Origin: Terriglobia bacterium
GTDB taxonomy: Bacteria > Acidobacteriota > Terriglobia > 2-12-FULL-54-10
Reading direction: 5' to 3'
Length of the DNA: 64,000 nucleotides
Assembly (NCBI GenBank): GCA_965222345.1
Contig: CBDCTS010000004.1
Location: 641,625-705,624 of the forward strand
The notes beneath the pieces were generated by a model. That model saw only the letters and a program-made list of their open reading frames with translations. It searched no databases and was not told the DNA's origin. Below are positions 31,993 to 42,594 of this stretch, in pieces (position 1 is the stretch's first letter; the number at the start of each line of letters is the position of its first letter). A program made the position numbers and the translations under genes.

Positions 31993-33393
31993 TCACTTGC
32001 TCCAAGCCTCCTGCCATGCTGTAAACTCAGAAGGCCTGATCTGGTAGCGCGCGAAATTTCCCTCGTGCAGACCCAGAAGTTCCCTCTCGGCTACCTCGCA
32101 AAACCGCTCGCGCTCCTGCTGTTCAATAAGCTCCTGTGCCCATGCGTTGACGTGGACGGTGGCCTGCTTCTTGTCCATGCGTCCGCGAACGACCGCGCCG
32201 ACAACCTTGCGCAGCGCCATTCGGTGTCGCATCCGAAATGGATCTGGCTCGCCCAGCGACTGCTTTACTGCAGCATAGCGGGCGGCGGATCGCTTATAGG
32301 CCCAGATGAACACATCGCGAAGCAATTCGATGCGGTTCAGCTCGTAGACACCGAGCACGGCTTCGGTATAAACGCCCCGAGGCACGCTCTCGAAGGACAA
32401 CGGCGATAGATTCGCCTTGATCAGTGGAATGTTCGCTGAGAGTCGCGACACCCGCTTGTTGACATCATCGAACGGCTGCAAATAGGGAAGCTGCACCATT
32501 ACGAAGAAGGCCTGCTCGAACGGATCAATGATCGCTGAGGCGGTGGCGAGAATCTGATCGAAGCACTCTTCGATGAGTTGCGGGACCTCCAGCGGATGAA
32601 AGACCGAGCCTTCGATACCGACGCCGATATGCCGGAGCCGGCCCGCCGCATTCGGATCGGCAAGCAGGTTGCCCGCCAGCAGCGCATGAAGGTTGAGAAT
32701 GGTGTAGCGATTGAAGCCGATCTCCTCTGCTGCGTCGACCAGAAACTCGATCGCGTCCTTGTGGTTAAGGATCATCTGCGCCTCGGATCGTTCCTTCCCT
32801 TCCGCTTCTTTGCCAAGATCGATCAAACGCGCTGTATCGAGCAGCGAATAGGTGTTGCCCTCAAGACGGCTGGAGTTCCAGGATAGATCGATCAGCAGCC
32901 TGTTCAAAATCTGTTTGGCATAAGTCCCGGCGGTCTGGTTGGCGATATTAGGCCTGCCGAACTCCTGCAGGTGTGCTCGCTCCGCTTGCGAGAGATAGAA
33001 GGTATCGTTGGGCCGGTACGAATCGAGGAACGCGCGGGTATAGCCAACCGGCTTACGTGCCTCGGGCGGCCGGCAGACATACTCCTGAATCTCGGTGCCG
33101 GCCTCGGAGAACGGGGGCAGGACTTGGGCCCGCGCACTGGCTGTGGGGGATCCTGTGACTGCGTGGCCTGCCGCTGAGACCTGTCGCGGCCCGCGGTAGC
33201 GCGCCCCGCGGCCCGCGCCCTCCATAACCAAGCGCTTGCTATCGACGAGGTACTTGAGGCGGTATTGCAGGGTTCTGCGCGGCGGCGCGGACTCCAGCGC
33301 ATCGTTGATCTGCTGCGCGGTCACGCCTTCCGGATGGCGCCGTGCAGCCTGCTCGATCACCTGCAAATACTCTTCTCGAATGCGCCTTGCCAC
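31993..33393 (-). CDS. Fic/Doc-family protein with a degenerate motif (QPFDDVNKR) and an N-terminal winged-helix region
   Basis: S-SRL-EG inhibitory-helix-like motif and the core LQPFDDVNKRVSRL in place of HPFx(D/E)GNGR. A Doc-like NKR is present but the His is Gln. Confidence 0.75.
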   Translation of the reverse strand: MARRIREEYLQVIEQAARRHPEGVTAQQINDALESAPPRRTLQYRLKYLVDSKRLVMEGAGRGARYRGPRQVSAAGHAVTGSPTASARAQVLPPFSEAGTEIQEYVCRPPEARKPVGYTRAFLDSYRPNDTFYLSQAERAHLQEFGRPNIANQTAGTYAKQILNRLLIDLSWNSSRLEGNTYSLLDTARLIDLGKEAEGKERSEAQMILNHKDAIEFLVDAAEEIGFNRYTILNLHALLAGNLLADPNAAGRLRHIGVGIEGSVFHPLEVPQLIEECFDQILATASAIIDPFEQAFFVMVQLPYLQPFDDVNKRVSRLSANIPLIKANLSPLSFESVPRGVYTEAVLGVYELNRIELLRDVFIWAYKRSAARYAAVKQSLGEPDPFRMRHRMALRKVVGAVVRGRMDKKQATVHVNAWAQELIEQQERERFCEVAERELLGLHEGNFARYQIRPSEFTAWQEAWSK

Positions 33394-33524
33394 TATATTT
33401 CCCTTTATTGCGTGTAAGTTTATTCGCGTAGCTTAGACTACCTACGCGCAACTATCAATAATATACGCAAAATATAACTGCTCCTAGTCCTCCAATGACC
33501 TGCCCCCGGTTGTTGGTCCACTTT

Positions 33525-34379
33525 TTATGTTAGTCCATAAGCCGTTGCAGCCGGGTGGAGCGGAGCGGAACCCGGCCGTAACGGCAGGATCGCTTCCGGG
33601 GCTGGCGGCCGGTAGCCTAACGCGCTGTGCGGGCGAACTTTGTTATACTCCCGCCGCCATCCCTCAATCAACACCTTCGCTTCCTGCAAGGTGTAGAAGA
33701 TCTCCCCATTGAGAAACTCGTCTCGAAACTTCCCGTTCAACGATTCTACATACCCGTTTTCCCATGGGCTCCCCGGCTCGATGAACAAGGTCTTTACCCC
33801 TACCCGCTCCAGCCAGTTCCGAACCAACCGTGCTGTGAACTCGGACCCGTTATCCGAGCGAATGTAATCGGGAACTCCTCGCTCCACAAACAAGGCTGCC
33901 AGCCGTTCCAAGACACTCATCGAATCAGCTCGCCGTTCTACGTCGATTGCCAAACATTCTCGCGTGTACTCATCCACCACCGTCAACATCTTCAGGGGAC
34001 GACCATCCTGGGTTCGATCTGCCACAAAATCGTACGCCCAGACATGATCCCGCCAGCACGGTCTTAACCGAAGACACGACCCATCGTTCAACCACAGGCG
34101 GCTTTTCCGGGGTTGTTTCTTCGGCACTTTCAGTCCCTCCTGCCTCCAGATTCTCTCCACCCGCTTATGGTTCACCCTCCACCCCTCCCGTCGCAACAGC
34201 GCCGTGATTCGCCGGTAGCCGTATCGACCGTACTCGCCGGCTAACTGCAGCGTCCGGGTCACCAGTCGCGGTTCATCCTGTGGTGTCAAGGTTCGATGCC
34301 GCTGGGTGGATCGGTACTGCCTCAGCACTCGACACGCCCGCCGCTCCGACACTCCCAAGGTCTGACAGACACGCTCCAC
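33525..34379 (-). CDS. IS3-family transposase OrfB (element B copy 2)
   Basis: Identical to 2503..3357. Confidence 0.85.
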   Translation of the reverse strand: MERVCQTLGVSERRACRVLRQYRSTQRHRTLTPQDEPRLVTRTLQLAGEYGRYGYRRITALLRREGWRVNHKRVERIWRQEGLKVPKKQPRKSRLWLNDGSCLRLRPCWRDHVWAYDFVADRTQDGRPLKMLTVVDEYTRECLAIDVERRADSMSVLERLAALFVERGVPDYIRSDNGSEFTARLVRNWLERVGVKTLFIEPGSPWENGYVESLNGKFRDEFLNGEIFYTLQEAKVLIEGWRREYNKVRPHSALGYRPPAPEAILPLRPGSAPLHPAATAYGLT

Positions 34380-34402
34380 TGCCTGCCTCCGTCGGCACGG
34401 GC

Positions 34403-34681
34403 TTAGAAGTTTCCCGAGGATGCCTCCTTCAGAATCGCAAGGTCCAACGCCTGATCCGCTACCAACTTCTTCAGTCGGCCATTCTCCCGTTCCAGTTCCT
34501 TCAAACGCCTCACCTGATCAACCCGCAAGCTCCCATACTCCTTCCGCCATCGATAATATGTCTGCTCCGTGATTCCCAACTTCCGACAGACCACTCCCGT
34601 TGTCTGGCCCTTAGCCAGTTCCACTTCTGCCTCTCGTAGATGTCGGATGATCTGTTCGACCGTATACCGCTTCTTAGCCAT
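34403..34681 (-). CDS. IS3-family transposase OrfA (element B copy 2)
   Basis: Identical to 3381..3659. Confidence 0.85.
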   Translation of the reverse strand: MAKKRYTVEQIIRHLREAEVELAKGQTTGVVCRKLGITEQTYYRWRKEYGSLRVDQVRRLKELERENGRLKKLVADQALDLAILKEASSGNF

Positions 34682-34837
34682 CCTTCCCCCTTTTTCAAGT
34701 CCAGTTGAAACCCTTTACTCTAACTTATCAACTGGACCGTTTTTGGGGGGGCAGGTCACTTATCAGAGGGGCCGGAACGGAGAAGCTGCAAGCAATACTT
34801 GCATTATACATGTATTCCATATGTCAAGAAAAATCTT

Positions 34838-35626
34838 ATGGATATTTCCGAGCGGCTAAAAAATCTCCGTAAGCGATTAAATATCAACCAATTGGAATTG
34901 GCTGGCCGGACCGGATATTCCACCTCGGCTATCAGTCACTATGAACTCGGCAGAAGAAAACCGAGCCGCCGCTTTTTAGAAAAACTCGAGGAGGTGGAAG
35001 CTGCGGCGGCAAAGCCCGGCGGCAAAGCCTCCGCTGGAAAGCGGACCGACCTGCAAACCATCGGGGAGCAGATCAAATCTTTACAAAAAGAGATCGAAGG
35101 CCTGACGGCGCAGTTGAACCGGTTTCGGACGCAGGCGGAAAAGCCGGAATTCAGCCTGCCGGAGATTCGCATCTATACTAAGGAGGAATGGAAGCAGGGG
35201 ACCCAGGACCGGTTGCGCTTTCAAACCCAGATTCCTGTCCTAAGGGACGAGGCGGCGGCGGGCTCTCCGCGCGAAATCGACGGACGGGACATTGACAGCT
35301 TCATCGCCGTGCCGTCCAAGTTCGTGCCCAGGGGGCCGACGGCTTATACGGGGATTTACATCCAGGGAGACTCGATGGAGCCGGTTCTGGGCAACCGCTT
35401 CATAGTGGTGGTTGATCACACCCGCCGCGACCCGGTCCGCCTGCGGGGCAGGATGGTGGCGGCGCTGCTACAGGACGGCGTGGTGGTCAAGTGGTTGGCG
35501 CGCGAGACCCGCCGCGACCGCATCGTGTTGCGCTCCCAAAATCCGGACTACGAAGACATCGTGCTGGAGTCGCCGGAGACCGATCCGATTATCGGCAACG
35601 TGGTGTTCTGGTGGGGAGTACAATAA
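34838..35626 (+). CDS. LexA/cI-like transcriptional repressor (XRE HTH + S24 peptidase)
   Basis: N-terminal LNINQLELAGRTGYSTSAISHYELGRRKP HTH and C-terminal GDSMEP..VVKWL (Ser/Lys dyad of S24). Start set at MDISERL. Confidence 0.8.
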   Translation: MDISERLKNLRKRLNINQLELAGRTGYSTSAISHYELGRRKPSRRFLEKLEEVEAAAAKPGGKASAGKRTDLQTIGEQIKSLQKEIEGLTAQLNRFRTQAEKPEFSLPEIRIYTKEEWKQGTQDRLRFQTQIPVLRDEAAAGSPREIDGRDIDSFIAVPSKFVPRGPTAYTGIYIQGDSMEPVLGNRFIVVVDHTRRDPVRLRGRMVAALLQDGVVVKWLARETRRDRIVLRSQNPDYEDIVLESPETDPIIGNVVFWWGVQ

Positions 35627-35858
35627 AGGGCAAGCCCCGAGCCGCGCAGAGGGCCTAAAACGATTCAGAGTGCCGTGCAGCAGGTCACTTTATGGCCGCG
35701 AACGATTCAATACAGGTTCGACAGATGAGGTGCAAATCGAGCATAAATAATCATCCGGCTACCTGCGTCTCATTCCGCATTTCCATTTTCAAATCCCCAG
35801 CTCCAGAGCTAACCCTACACTGACCTCGGACGCCAATCTTCCGGCCCTTTCCAGCGGC

Positions 35859-37676
35859 TTGCCCGATCAGCCTGTTGCCGTGATGAACACGACCGGATAC
35901 AATTCTTGGCGTTCCCCTAGCCACATACATTCGGAGGATGAGTTGACACAAACACTGATGCAGGTCGATCCGCGCCATCCGTTTGACAGGAAGTTCGTTC
36001 CCAAAGAAGCCGTCATGGGCGAGTGGGCCCAGATCGAGCCGCTGTTCGCCGAACTGCTTCACCGCAGCCCTTCTTCCACGGAAGAACTGGAGAAGTGGCT
36101 CCTGGATTTCTCCGAACTCAGCGGGGCGATCAACGAGGAAATGGCCCTACGGTACATCGCGATGACGACGCAGACCGACGATCCGGTCCGGGAAACCGCC
36201 TACCAGGAGTTTGTGGAGCAGATCGTTCCCAAGTTCAAGCCGCTCGTCCAGACTCTGGAGACGGCCTATCTGCAAAACCCGCACCGCAAGTTTCTGCCCC
36301 AGGAGCGGTACGCGGTGATGGACCGGATGATTGAAAGCAACGTGGCCCTGTTCCGGGAAAAGAACGTGCCGCTGGAAACGCAGCAGGCGTTGCTGAGCAA
36401 GCAATACCAGAAGCTCATCGGCGCGATGACGGTGACGGTTGACGGAGCGGAACTCCCGATGCCAAGGGCCGCCAAGTATCTGGAAGAACCGCACCGAGGC
36501 ATCCGCCAGCAGATGTGGGAGAGCATGGCAGGCCGCCGCCTGCAGGACAAGGAAGCACTGGAAGAACTCTATGACCAACTGCTGGCGGTCCGCACGCAGA
36601 TCGCCGCAAATGCAGAATTCGCCGACTACCGGGCATACGCCTTCCAGCAGCGTCAGCGGTTCGACTACACCCCGGAAGACTGCTTCCGGTTCCATGAAGG
36701 CGTGGAGCAAACCGTCCTGCCGCTTGTCGGCAAGATCCATGCAGAGCGGCGGAGACTGTTACAGGTGGAGACGCTGCGGCCCTGGGACCTGCTTGTCGAT
36801 CCGCTGAATCGCCCTCCCCTGCGGCCGTTTTCCACAACCGGCGAACTCGTGCAAGGCACGCGGGAAATTTTCACCCGGATCGATCCGAACTTGGGCGAGC
36901 AGTTTAACTTTATGGCCGAAGAGAATCTTCTGGAACTGGAAAGCCGCAAGGGGAAAGCCCCTGGCGGCTACCAGGAGACGCTGCAGGAACGGCGCTGGCC
37001 GTTCATCTTCATGAACGCCGCGGGCCGAGACGCTGACATCCGCACGTTGGTCCACGAAGGCGGACATGCCTTCCACATGCTTGCCGCCCGCGAGGAGCCC
37101 ATCATTTACTACCGCCATGCCCCGATGGAGTTCTGCGAAGTGGCGTCAATGGGTATGGAAATGCTCGCGGCGCCCCATCTCAGCGTGTTCTACAAGAATC
37201 CGGAAGACTGCAACCGGGCCGTCCGGTCGAAGCTGGAAGATTTCGTCTTGCTCCTGCCCTGGGTGGCCACGATCGATGCATTCCAGCATTGGGTCTATAC
37301 ACACCCCAGCCACACTCGAGACGAACGCGCCCAGGCTTGGCGGCAAATCCACGGCCGGTTCTCTGCGGAAGTCGACTGGACCGGGTACGACGAGCAACGC
37401 ACCTTTCTGTGGCACCGCCAGCTCCACCTGTTTGAAGTTCCTTTCTACTACATCGAGTATGGGATTGCCCTGATCGGCGCGCTGCAAGTTTGGATGCGCA
37501 GCCGGTCCAACTACCGCGAAGCCGTAGAGCACTATTGGAAGGCGCTGTCGCTGGGAGGAACCCGCCCGTTGCCGGAATTGTTTGCAGCGGCAGGCGCGCG
37601 GTTCCGGTTTGACCGCGATACGCTGCAACCGCTGATGGACGCAGTGAGCGAGGAACTGGACCGCATCGGAAACTGA
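35859..37676 (+). CDS. pepF: Oligoendopeptidase F (M3 family)
   Basis: HEGGHAFH zinc motif and M3B architecture. The exact start is uncertain. Confidence 0.85.
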   Translation: MPDQPVAVMNTTGYNSWRSPSHIHSEDELTQTLMQVDPRHPFDRKFVPKEAVMGEWAQIEPLFAELLHRSPSSTEELEKWLLDFSELSGAINEEMALRYIAMTTQTDDPVRETAYQEFVEQIVPKFKPLVQTLETAYLQNPHRKFLPQERYAVMDRMIESNVALFREKNVPLETQQALLSKQYQKLIGAMTVTVDGAELPMPRAAKYLEEPHRGIRQQMWESMAGRRLQDKEALEELYDQLLAVRTQIAANAEFADYRAYAFQQRQRFDYTPEDCFRFHEGVEQTVLPLVGKIHAERRRLLQVETLRPWDLLVDPLNRPPLRPFSTTGELVQGTREIFTRIDPNLGEQFNFMAEENLLELESRKGKAPGGYQETLQERRWPFIFMNAAGRDADIRTLVHEGGHAFHMLAAREEPIIYYRHAPMEFCEVASMGMEMLAAPHLSVFYKNPEDCNRAVRSKLEDFVLLLPWVATIDAFQHWVYTHPSHTRDERAQAWRQIHGRFSAEVDWTGYDEQRTFLWHRQLHLFEVPFYYIEYGIALIGALQVWMRSRSNYREAVEHYWKALSLGGTRPLPELFAAAGARFRFDRDTLQPLMDAVSEELDRIGN

Positions 37677-37868
37677 GCCGGCGGCGTCCCGCCATAGTTC
37701 ATCTCACGCGGGTTTTTCCATCTTGGCGATTCCTCCCGGTTTTTCCCGATGACCGGCCCCGGAATTCGGGGCCGGCAGCAAACCACTCCGGATTCGCCTA
37801 ACCTTACCAAGAGAAAATCCACAGGGGAAGCACCGGTATCCACTCCGCTAAAACCGGAAGCTGTCCCA

Positions 37869-38798
37869 TCAGGAATAGACTAGTGGGGCAACTTGCTCTT
37901 GAAAGATTTCGAGCTGCCGGGGTTGGTCAAAAACAGGCCACAGGAAGACGCGCTGAGCCCCTGCGGATTGGTAGGCTCTGAGTTTCTCGGCGCATTCCTC
38001 GGCTGGTCCAACCAGAAAACGTTGGCTGAGTTGGTCCTCGGGACGGTTGAAGGTGGGGCCAATGAACTCCCGGATCACGCGCTTTGCTTTACCCGTATCG
38101 GTGATATAAAGAAGCATGGTGGAGATTGCATTGGGGAACCGGTCTGCGTCTTTACCGCCGTGAAGGAGGTTTTCCCGGAGCCGGCTCCAGGCCCCCTTGA
38201 ATAATTCAGGAGTGGTGTTATAAGCAGATGCCAGCCAGCCGTCGCCAAGACGGGCCGTGCGACGAAGACCAGCATCCGAACCCCAACTGCCGATCCATAC
38301 GGGCGGCCCGGTTTGCCGCACCGGATACGGCTCGAGGGCCATCCCCTCAGCAGCGTAGAACTTTCCTCGAAATGACGCTCCTTCCTTACTCCAAAGAGTC
38401 CGCAACGCCTGAATGGCTTCGTCCAGTCGCTTCCAGCGCTCTTCAAAGGGAAGCCCAACCAGAGCGTAGTCGCTGGCGGAGGAACCCGACCCAACGCCCA
38501 CTACAAGACGTCCGCCGGAAAGGATGTCAATTGCGGCCAGCGTCTTAGCTGTTGTGACAGGACCCCGCACGACAGGGAGCACGACCGTCGTCATCAGGCT
38601 CATCCGCCCGGTGCACGAAAGCACTGCGGCCAGCGCCGTGGGTCCATCCAGCCATGGACGGGGAAAAATGAGATGGTCATTCGCAGCGAGAGCCTGAAAG
38701 TCCAGGCTCTCGGCTGTCCTGGCATACTCCATTAAAAGGTCGCGGGAGAAACCTTTTCCATCAAAATCAATCAGCGGGAGATGAACTCCGTAATCCAT
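37869..38798 (-). CDS. LLM-class (luciferase-like) flavin-dependent oxidoreductase
   Basis: TIM-barrel LLM-family sequence features (ANDHL, LSGGRLVVGVGSG). Confidence 0.8.
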   Translation of the reverse strand: MDYGVHLPLIDFDGKGFSRDLLMEYARTAESLDFQALAANDHLIFPRPWLDGPTALAAVLSCTGRMSLMTTVVLPVVRGPVTTAKTLAAIDILSGGRLVVGVGSGSSASDYALVGLPFEERWKRLDEAIQALRTLWSKEGASFRGKFYAAEGMALEPYPVRQTGPPVWIGSWGSDAGLRRTARLGDGWLASAYNTTPELFKGAWSRLRENLLHGGKDADRFPNAISTMLLYITDTGKAKRVIREFIGPTFNRPEDQLSQRFLVGPAEECAEKLRAYQSAGAQRVFLWPVFDQPRQLEIFQEQVAPLVYS

Positions 38799-39000
38799 AT
38801 CACGTCCTTTTTCACTTTTCAGGCAGGGTAGAGCAGCTTCATAGTCGGTGCAATGCGCGTTGCGGGTGAATCCATCCGAGCCGCGACTGCCCCGAGCTTG
38901 CCGAAGGGCGAGCGGCCCTGACTACATACAAACTGCGAAAGCTCCAAAAGCAATATTCGGCAAGAGGAAGCAACTGGAAAAATAGACGTCTCGGGCAGAT

Positions 39001-40968
39001 TCACAAAGCCCGGACAATCTCTTCCACGGCCAGAGGATTTTCCAGAGCCGAGAGATCGCCCATCGGCTCTCCCAAATAGGCGGCGCGTACAACGCGGCGC
39101 ATGAGCTTGGCGTTGCGCGTCCTGGGCAGGTCGCCAACAAACTTCACCGTCCGGGGTTTCAGCGGCTTGCCTAGAGCTTGCGCCACGCACTCGCGCAGTT
39201 CCTGGCGCAGCGATTCACTGTCCGCGCGGCCCGGCCGCAGCACACAGAAACACGCCAGCTCCTGGCCTTTCACGGGGTCGGGAACGCCTACGCAAGCGGC
39301 CTCGGCCACTGCTTCATGCCTCACCAGAACGGACTCCACCTCCGCCGGGCCCAGGCGTTTGCCGGCCACTTTGATCGTGTCATCCGAGCGCCCCAGGACG
39401 TACCACATTCCATCGGCGTCCACCGCCGCCCAGTCGCCATGAGTCCACAGTCCCGGGAAACGCGCCCAATAGGTTTCCCGATATCGCTCCGGGGCCTTCC
39501 AGAAGCCGCGCGTCATGCCGATCCAGGGACGGCGGATCACCAGCTCGCCCACCTGCCCGCGGAGCGGCCGGCCCTTCCCGTCCACTACGTCGGCGGCCAT
39601 GCCGGGAACCGGTCCGACAAAAGCCGTTGGCTTGAGCGGCAGCAGAAGATTCCCTCCCAGGATGCCTCCCGAAATTTCCGTCCCGCCCGAATAGTTGATG
39701 ATGGGTAGCCGCCCGCCGCCGACCGTCTGAAAAAACCAGAGCCAGGGGGCCGGATTCCACGGTTCGCCCGTGGAGCCGAGAATGCGCAGCGAAGACAGGT
39801 CGTGCCGCTTGACCGGCTCTTCGCCGTGCTGCATCAAGGAGCGCACCAACGTGGGAGAGATTCCCAGGACCGACACGCGGTGCCGCGCGATGAGGCTCCA
39901 CAAACGGTCCGGGGCCGGGTGGTCGGGAGCGCCGTCATAGAGCAACAGTGTCGCTCCCAGCAGCGTGCCGCCCAAAACCAGCCAGGGCCCCATCATCCAG
40001 CCCATGTCGGTCATCCAGTAAACCGTATCGTCCGCATGCACGTCCATGCAGTGGGCCATGTCTTGCACCGCCTTGATGGGAAACCCGCAGTGGGTGTGCA
40101 CTGCGCCTTTGGGCTCGCCCGAGGTGCCTGAAGTATAGATGAGCATCAGGGGGTCTTCCGCCTCGGTCGTTTCGGTTGCCGCTTCGGCTTCAGCCGGGGA
40201 GGAATCAGAGGCAAGCAGCTCGTGCAACCAACGGTCCCGTCCTTTTGTCCAGGCTACTTTCATTCCAATGCGCCGGAGGACGATCATGTGTTCCAGCGAG
40301 GGGGTGAGCGCGGCTGCCCGATCGGCCACTTCCTTCATCGCAACCGTGTGGCCGCGCCGGTAGAAACCGTCGGCGGTGAACAACGCCCTGGCCCCGGCGG
40401 AGGTCAGGCGGGAGGCAACCGCTTTGGCGCCGTAGCCGGAAAACAGCGGCAAAAAGATGGCTCCTATCTTGGCAATGGCGAACAAGGCGACAACGACCTC
40501 CGGCGTCATGGGCATAAACACGGCGATCACGTCGCCCTTCTTCAGCCCGAGTTGCCGCAGCACTGCGGCCAGCCGGTTGACCTCCCGGCAGAGAGCTCCG
40601 TAGGTCAACGCGCGCTCGCAGCCCTCCTCGCCTTCCCAGCGGAGCGCGAGACGGTTCTCAACCGGCGTGCCCATCCACTTGTCCAGGCAGCTTTCCACAA
40701 TGTTGAGCCGGCCTCCCACGCACCAGCGCGACCAGGGCTCTCCTGCCGATGTGTCCAGGATTGTCCGGTAGGGCGTAGAGAAACGAACGCCGAGGTCTTG
40801 AATCACTGCATCCCAAAACCACTCGATGTCATCGGTGGAACGCCGCAGGAGTTCTTCAAAGGAGGAGATGTGGTGCGCCTTCATGAAAGCCGCCAGACGG
40901 CTGCGGCCCGCCTGCTCCGGGGTTGGCCGCCAGACGATTTTGCCTCCGAAGTCTCCTTGCGGCTCCAT
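39001..40968 (-). CDS. Acetoacetate-CoA ligase (acetoacetyl-CoA synthetase, AMP-forming)
   Basis: Start set at MEPQGD. AMP-binding motifs YTSGTSGEPKG and the acetoacetyl-CoA synthetase-type N-terminus (WFWDAV..LNIVESCLD). Confidence 0.85.
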   Translation of the reverse strand: MEPQGDFGGKIVWRPTPEQAGRSRLAAFMKAHHISSFEELLRRSTDDIEWFWDAVIQDLGVRFSTPYRTILDTSAGEPWSRWCVGGRLNIVESCLDKWMGTPVENRLALRWEGEEGCERALTYGALCREVNRLAAVLRQLGLKKGDVIAVFMPMTPEVVVALFAIAKIGAIFLPLFSGYGAKAVASRLTSAGARALFTADGFYRRGHTVAMKEVADRAAALTPSLEHMIVLRRIGMKVAWTKGRDRWLHELLASDSSPAEAEAATETTEAEDPLMLIYTSGTSGEPKGAVHTHCGFPIKAVQDMAHCMDVHADDTVYWMTDMGWMMGPWLVLGGTLLGATLLLYDGAPDHPAPDRLWSLIARHRVSVLGISPTLVRSLMQHGEEPVKRHDLSSLRILGSTGEPWNPAPWLWFFQTVGGGRLPIINYSGGTEISGGILGGNLLLPLKPTAFVGPVPGMAADVVDGKGRPLRGQVGELVIRRPWIGMTRGFWKAPERYRETYWARFPGLWTHGDWAAVDADGMWYVLGRSDDTIKVAGKRLGPAEVESVLVRHEAVAEAACVGVPDPVKGQELACFCVLRPGRADSESLRQELRECVAQALGKPLKPRTVKFVGDLPRTRNAKLMRRVVRAAYLGEPMGDLSALENPLAVEEIVRAL

Positions 40969-41149
40969 GCTCCGACACCTCGCTGTACATCTTTCCAGAA
41001 ATTGTCTTTTAGCACGCTGCGAAACACGCAAGGTTTCGCACGGGTTCCCTCGTGCTAAACCAACTCGCATGCCAGCCAAAACAGCAACCCCAAACCAGAG
41101 CGTCACCATACTCCGGGAATTGCATGCAATCAAGGCACAACTCGACAAG

Positions 41150-42564
41150 TGTCGTTAGCACATGATATGTCCGGTCTAATTAACATGTGAAATGTCCGCT
41201 TTGAGCGGCGTAGGGTAGGGCTTTTTGCCAGGAGGTGGCATGAAGTTCTACTCGGAAGCTGCGATGGAGCGGGCGATGAAGATACAAGAAGTAATTTTGC
41301 GAGCGATAGGGAAGCGGATCAACTGGTGGCAGGCAGCCGAGATCATCGGGATCAGCGACCGGCAGATGAGGCGGTGGCGCAGCCGGTACGAGCAGTACGG
41401 CTACGACGGGCTGTTTGACCGGCGGCGGGGAAAGCCGAGTCCGCGGCGGGTACCCCTGGGGACGGTGGAGAAGGTGTTGGGGCTGTATCAGGAGAAGTAC
41501 TTTGACTTCAACGTGCGGCACTTTCACGAAAAGCTGCGGGAAGAGCACGGCCTCCGGCTGAGCTACACCTGGGTGAAGCTGGCATTGCAAGGGGCGGGGC
41601 TAGTGAACAGGAGGCGGAAGCGGGGCCTGCACCGCCAGAGGCGGCCCCGGCGGCCGTTGCCGGGAATGCTGCTGCATCTGGATGGGAGCCAGCATCGGTG
41701 GTTTGTCGATGATCGCTGGTATGACCTGCTGGTGGTCCTGGATGATGCCAGCAGCGAGATTTACTATGCGCAACTGGTAGAGCAGGAATCGACGCGGACG
41801 GTGCTGGCTGCCCTGCGGGAGGTGGTCGAGCAGCAGGGGATCTTTTGCGCCCTTTATAGCGACCGGGCCAGTCATTTCTTCCTGACCCGGAAGGCGGGCG
41901 AGCCGGTGGATCGGCAACGGCTGACCCAGGTGGGCCGCGCCCTGCGGGAGCTGGGCATTCAGATGATTCCGGCCTATTCGCCGCAGGCGCGGGGACGCAG
42001 CGAGCGGAACTTCGGGACCTGGCAAGGGCGGCTGCCGCAGGAACTGCGCCTGCGGGGAATCATCACGCTAGAGGCAGCGAATCGGTTCCTGCGGGAGGGC
42101 TATATCGGGGAGTTCAACCGGCGCTTTGCCGTGCCGGCCACCCAACCAGGCAGCGCCTTTTTGCCGTCAGCCAGGCGGGAGTTAGAGCGAATCTTCTCGA
42201 TCCAGCACCAGCGGATAGTGAATCGGGACAATACGGTCAGTCTGGAGAACCGCCTCCTCCAGATCGAGAAAACTCCTTGGCGCGGGACTCTGGCGGGCTG
42301 CCGGGTGACCGTCTATGAACACCTGGATGGGACGTTAAGCATTGGCTATGGGCCGCACACGGTGGGCCGCTACTCCTCCGAGGGGGTGGCGATCCGGTGC
42401 GGCGGTCGGCGGCGGAGCCCTGTGGCTTCCCGACAACACCATTTGGCGCTCACCTCCGTCGCCCTACGGGCTCCTTCGGTCAGCGCCAAATCACTTTCGG
42501 TAGAATCATGAAAGCGGACATTTCACTTGCTACATATACCGGACATTTTAACTTGCTAACAACA
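41150..42564 (+). mobile_element. ISNCY-family (IS1202-group-like) insertion sequence with about 40-bp imperfect IRs and a 16-bp target-site duplication
   Basis: IRs tgtcgttagcacatgatatgtccggt...tgaaatgtccgcttt / reverse complement of ..aaagcggacatttca...accggacattttaacttgctaacaaca. Direct repeat ggcacaactcgacaag at 41134..41149 and 42565..42580. Confidence 0.8.
41225..42511 (+). CDS. ISNCY-family transposase (DDE)
   Basis: MKFYSEAAMERAMKIQEVI..WWQAAEIIGISDRQMRRWR N-terminus is typical of ISNCY/IS1202. The true start may be 41240. Confidence 0.85.
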   Translation: MPGGGMKFYSEAAMERAMKIQEVILRAIGKRINWWQAAEIIGISDRQMRRWRSRYEQYGYDGLFDRRRGKPSPRRVPLGTVEKVLGLYQEKYFDFNVRHFHEKLREEHGLRLSYTWVKLALQGAGLVNRRRKRGLHRQRRPRRPLPGMLLHLDGSQHRWFVDDRWYDLLVVLDDASSEIYYAQLVEQESTRTVLAALREVVEQQGIFCALYSDRASHFFLTRKAGEPVDRQRLTQVGRALRELGIQMIPAYSPQARGRSERNFGTWQGRLPQELRLRGIITLEAANRFLREGYIGEFNRRFAVPATQPGSAFLPSARRELERIFSIQHQRIVNRDNTVSLENRLLQIEKTPWRGTLAGCRVTVYEHLDGTLSIGYGPHTVGRYSSEGVAIRCGGRRRSPVASRQHHLALTSVALRAPSVSAKSLSVES

Positions 42565-42594
42565 GGCACAACTCGACAAGCTCTGGCTCTTGGC

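Larger units (their letters stand above)
33496..34759 (-). mobile_element. IS3-family insertion sequence (element B, copy 2), identical to 2474..3737
   Basis: All ORF translations identical at an offset of 31022 bp. Same terminal sequences. Confidence 0.85.
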
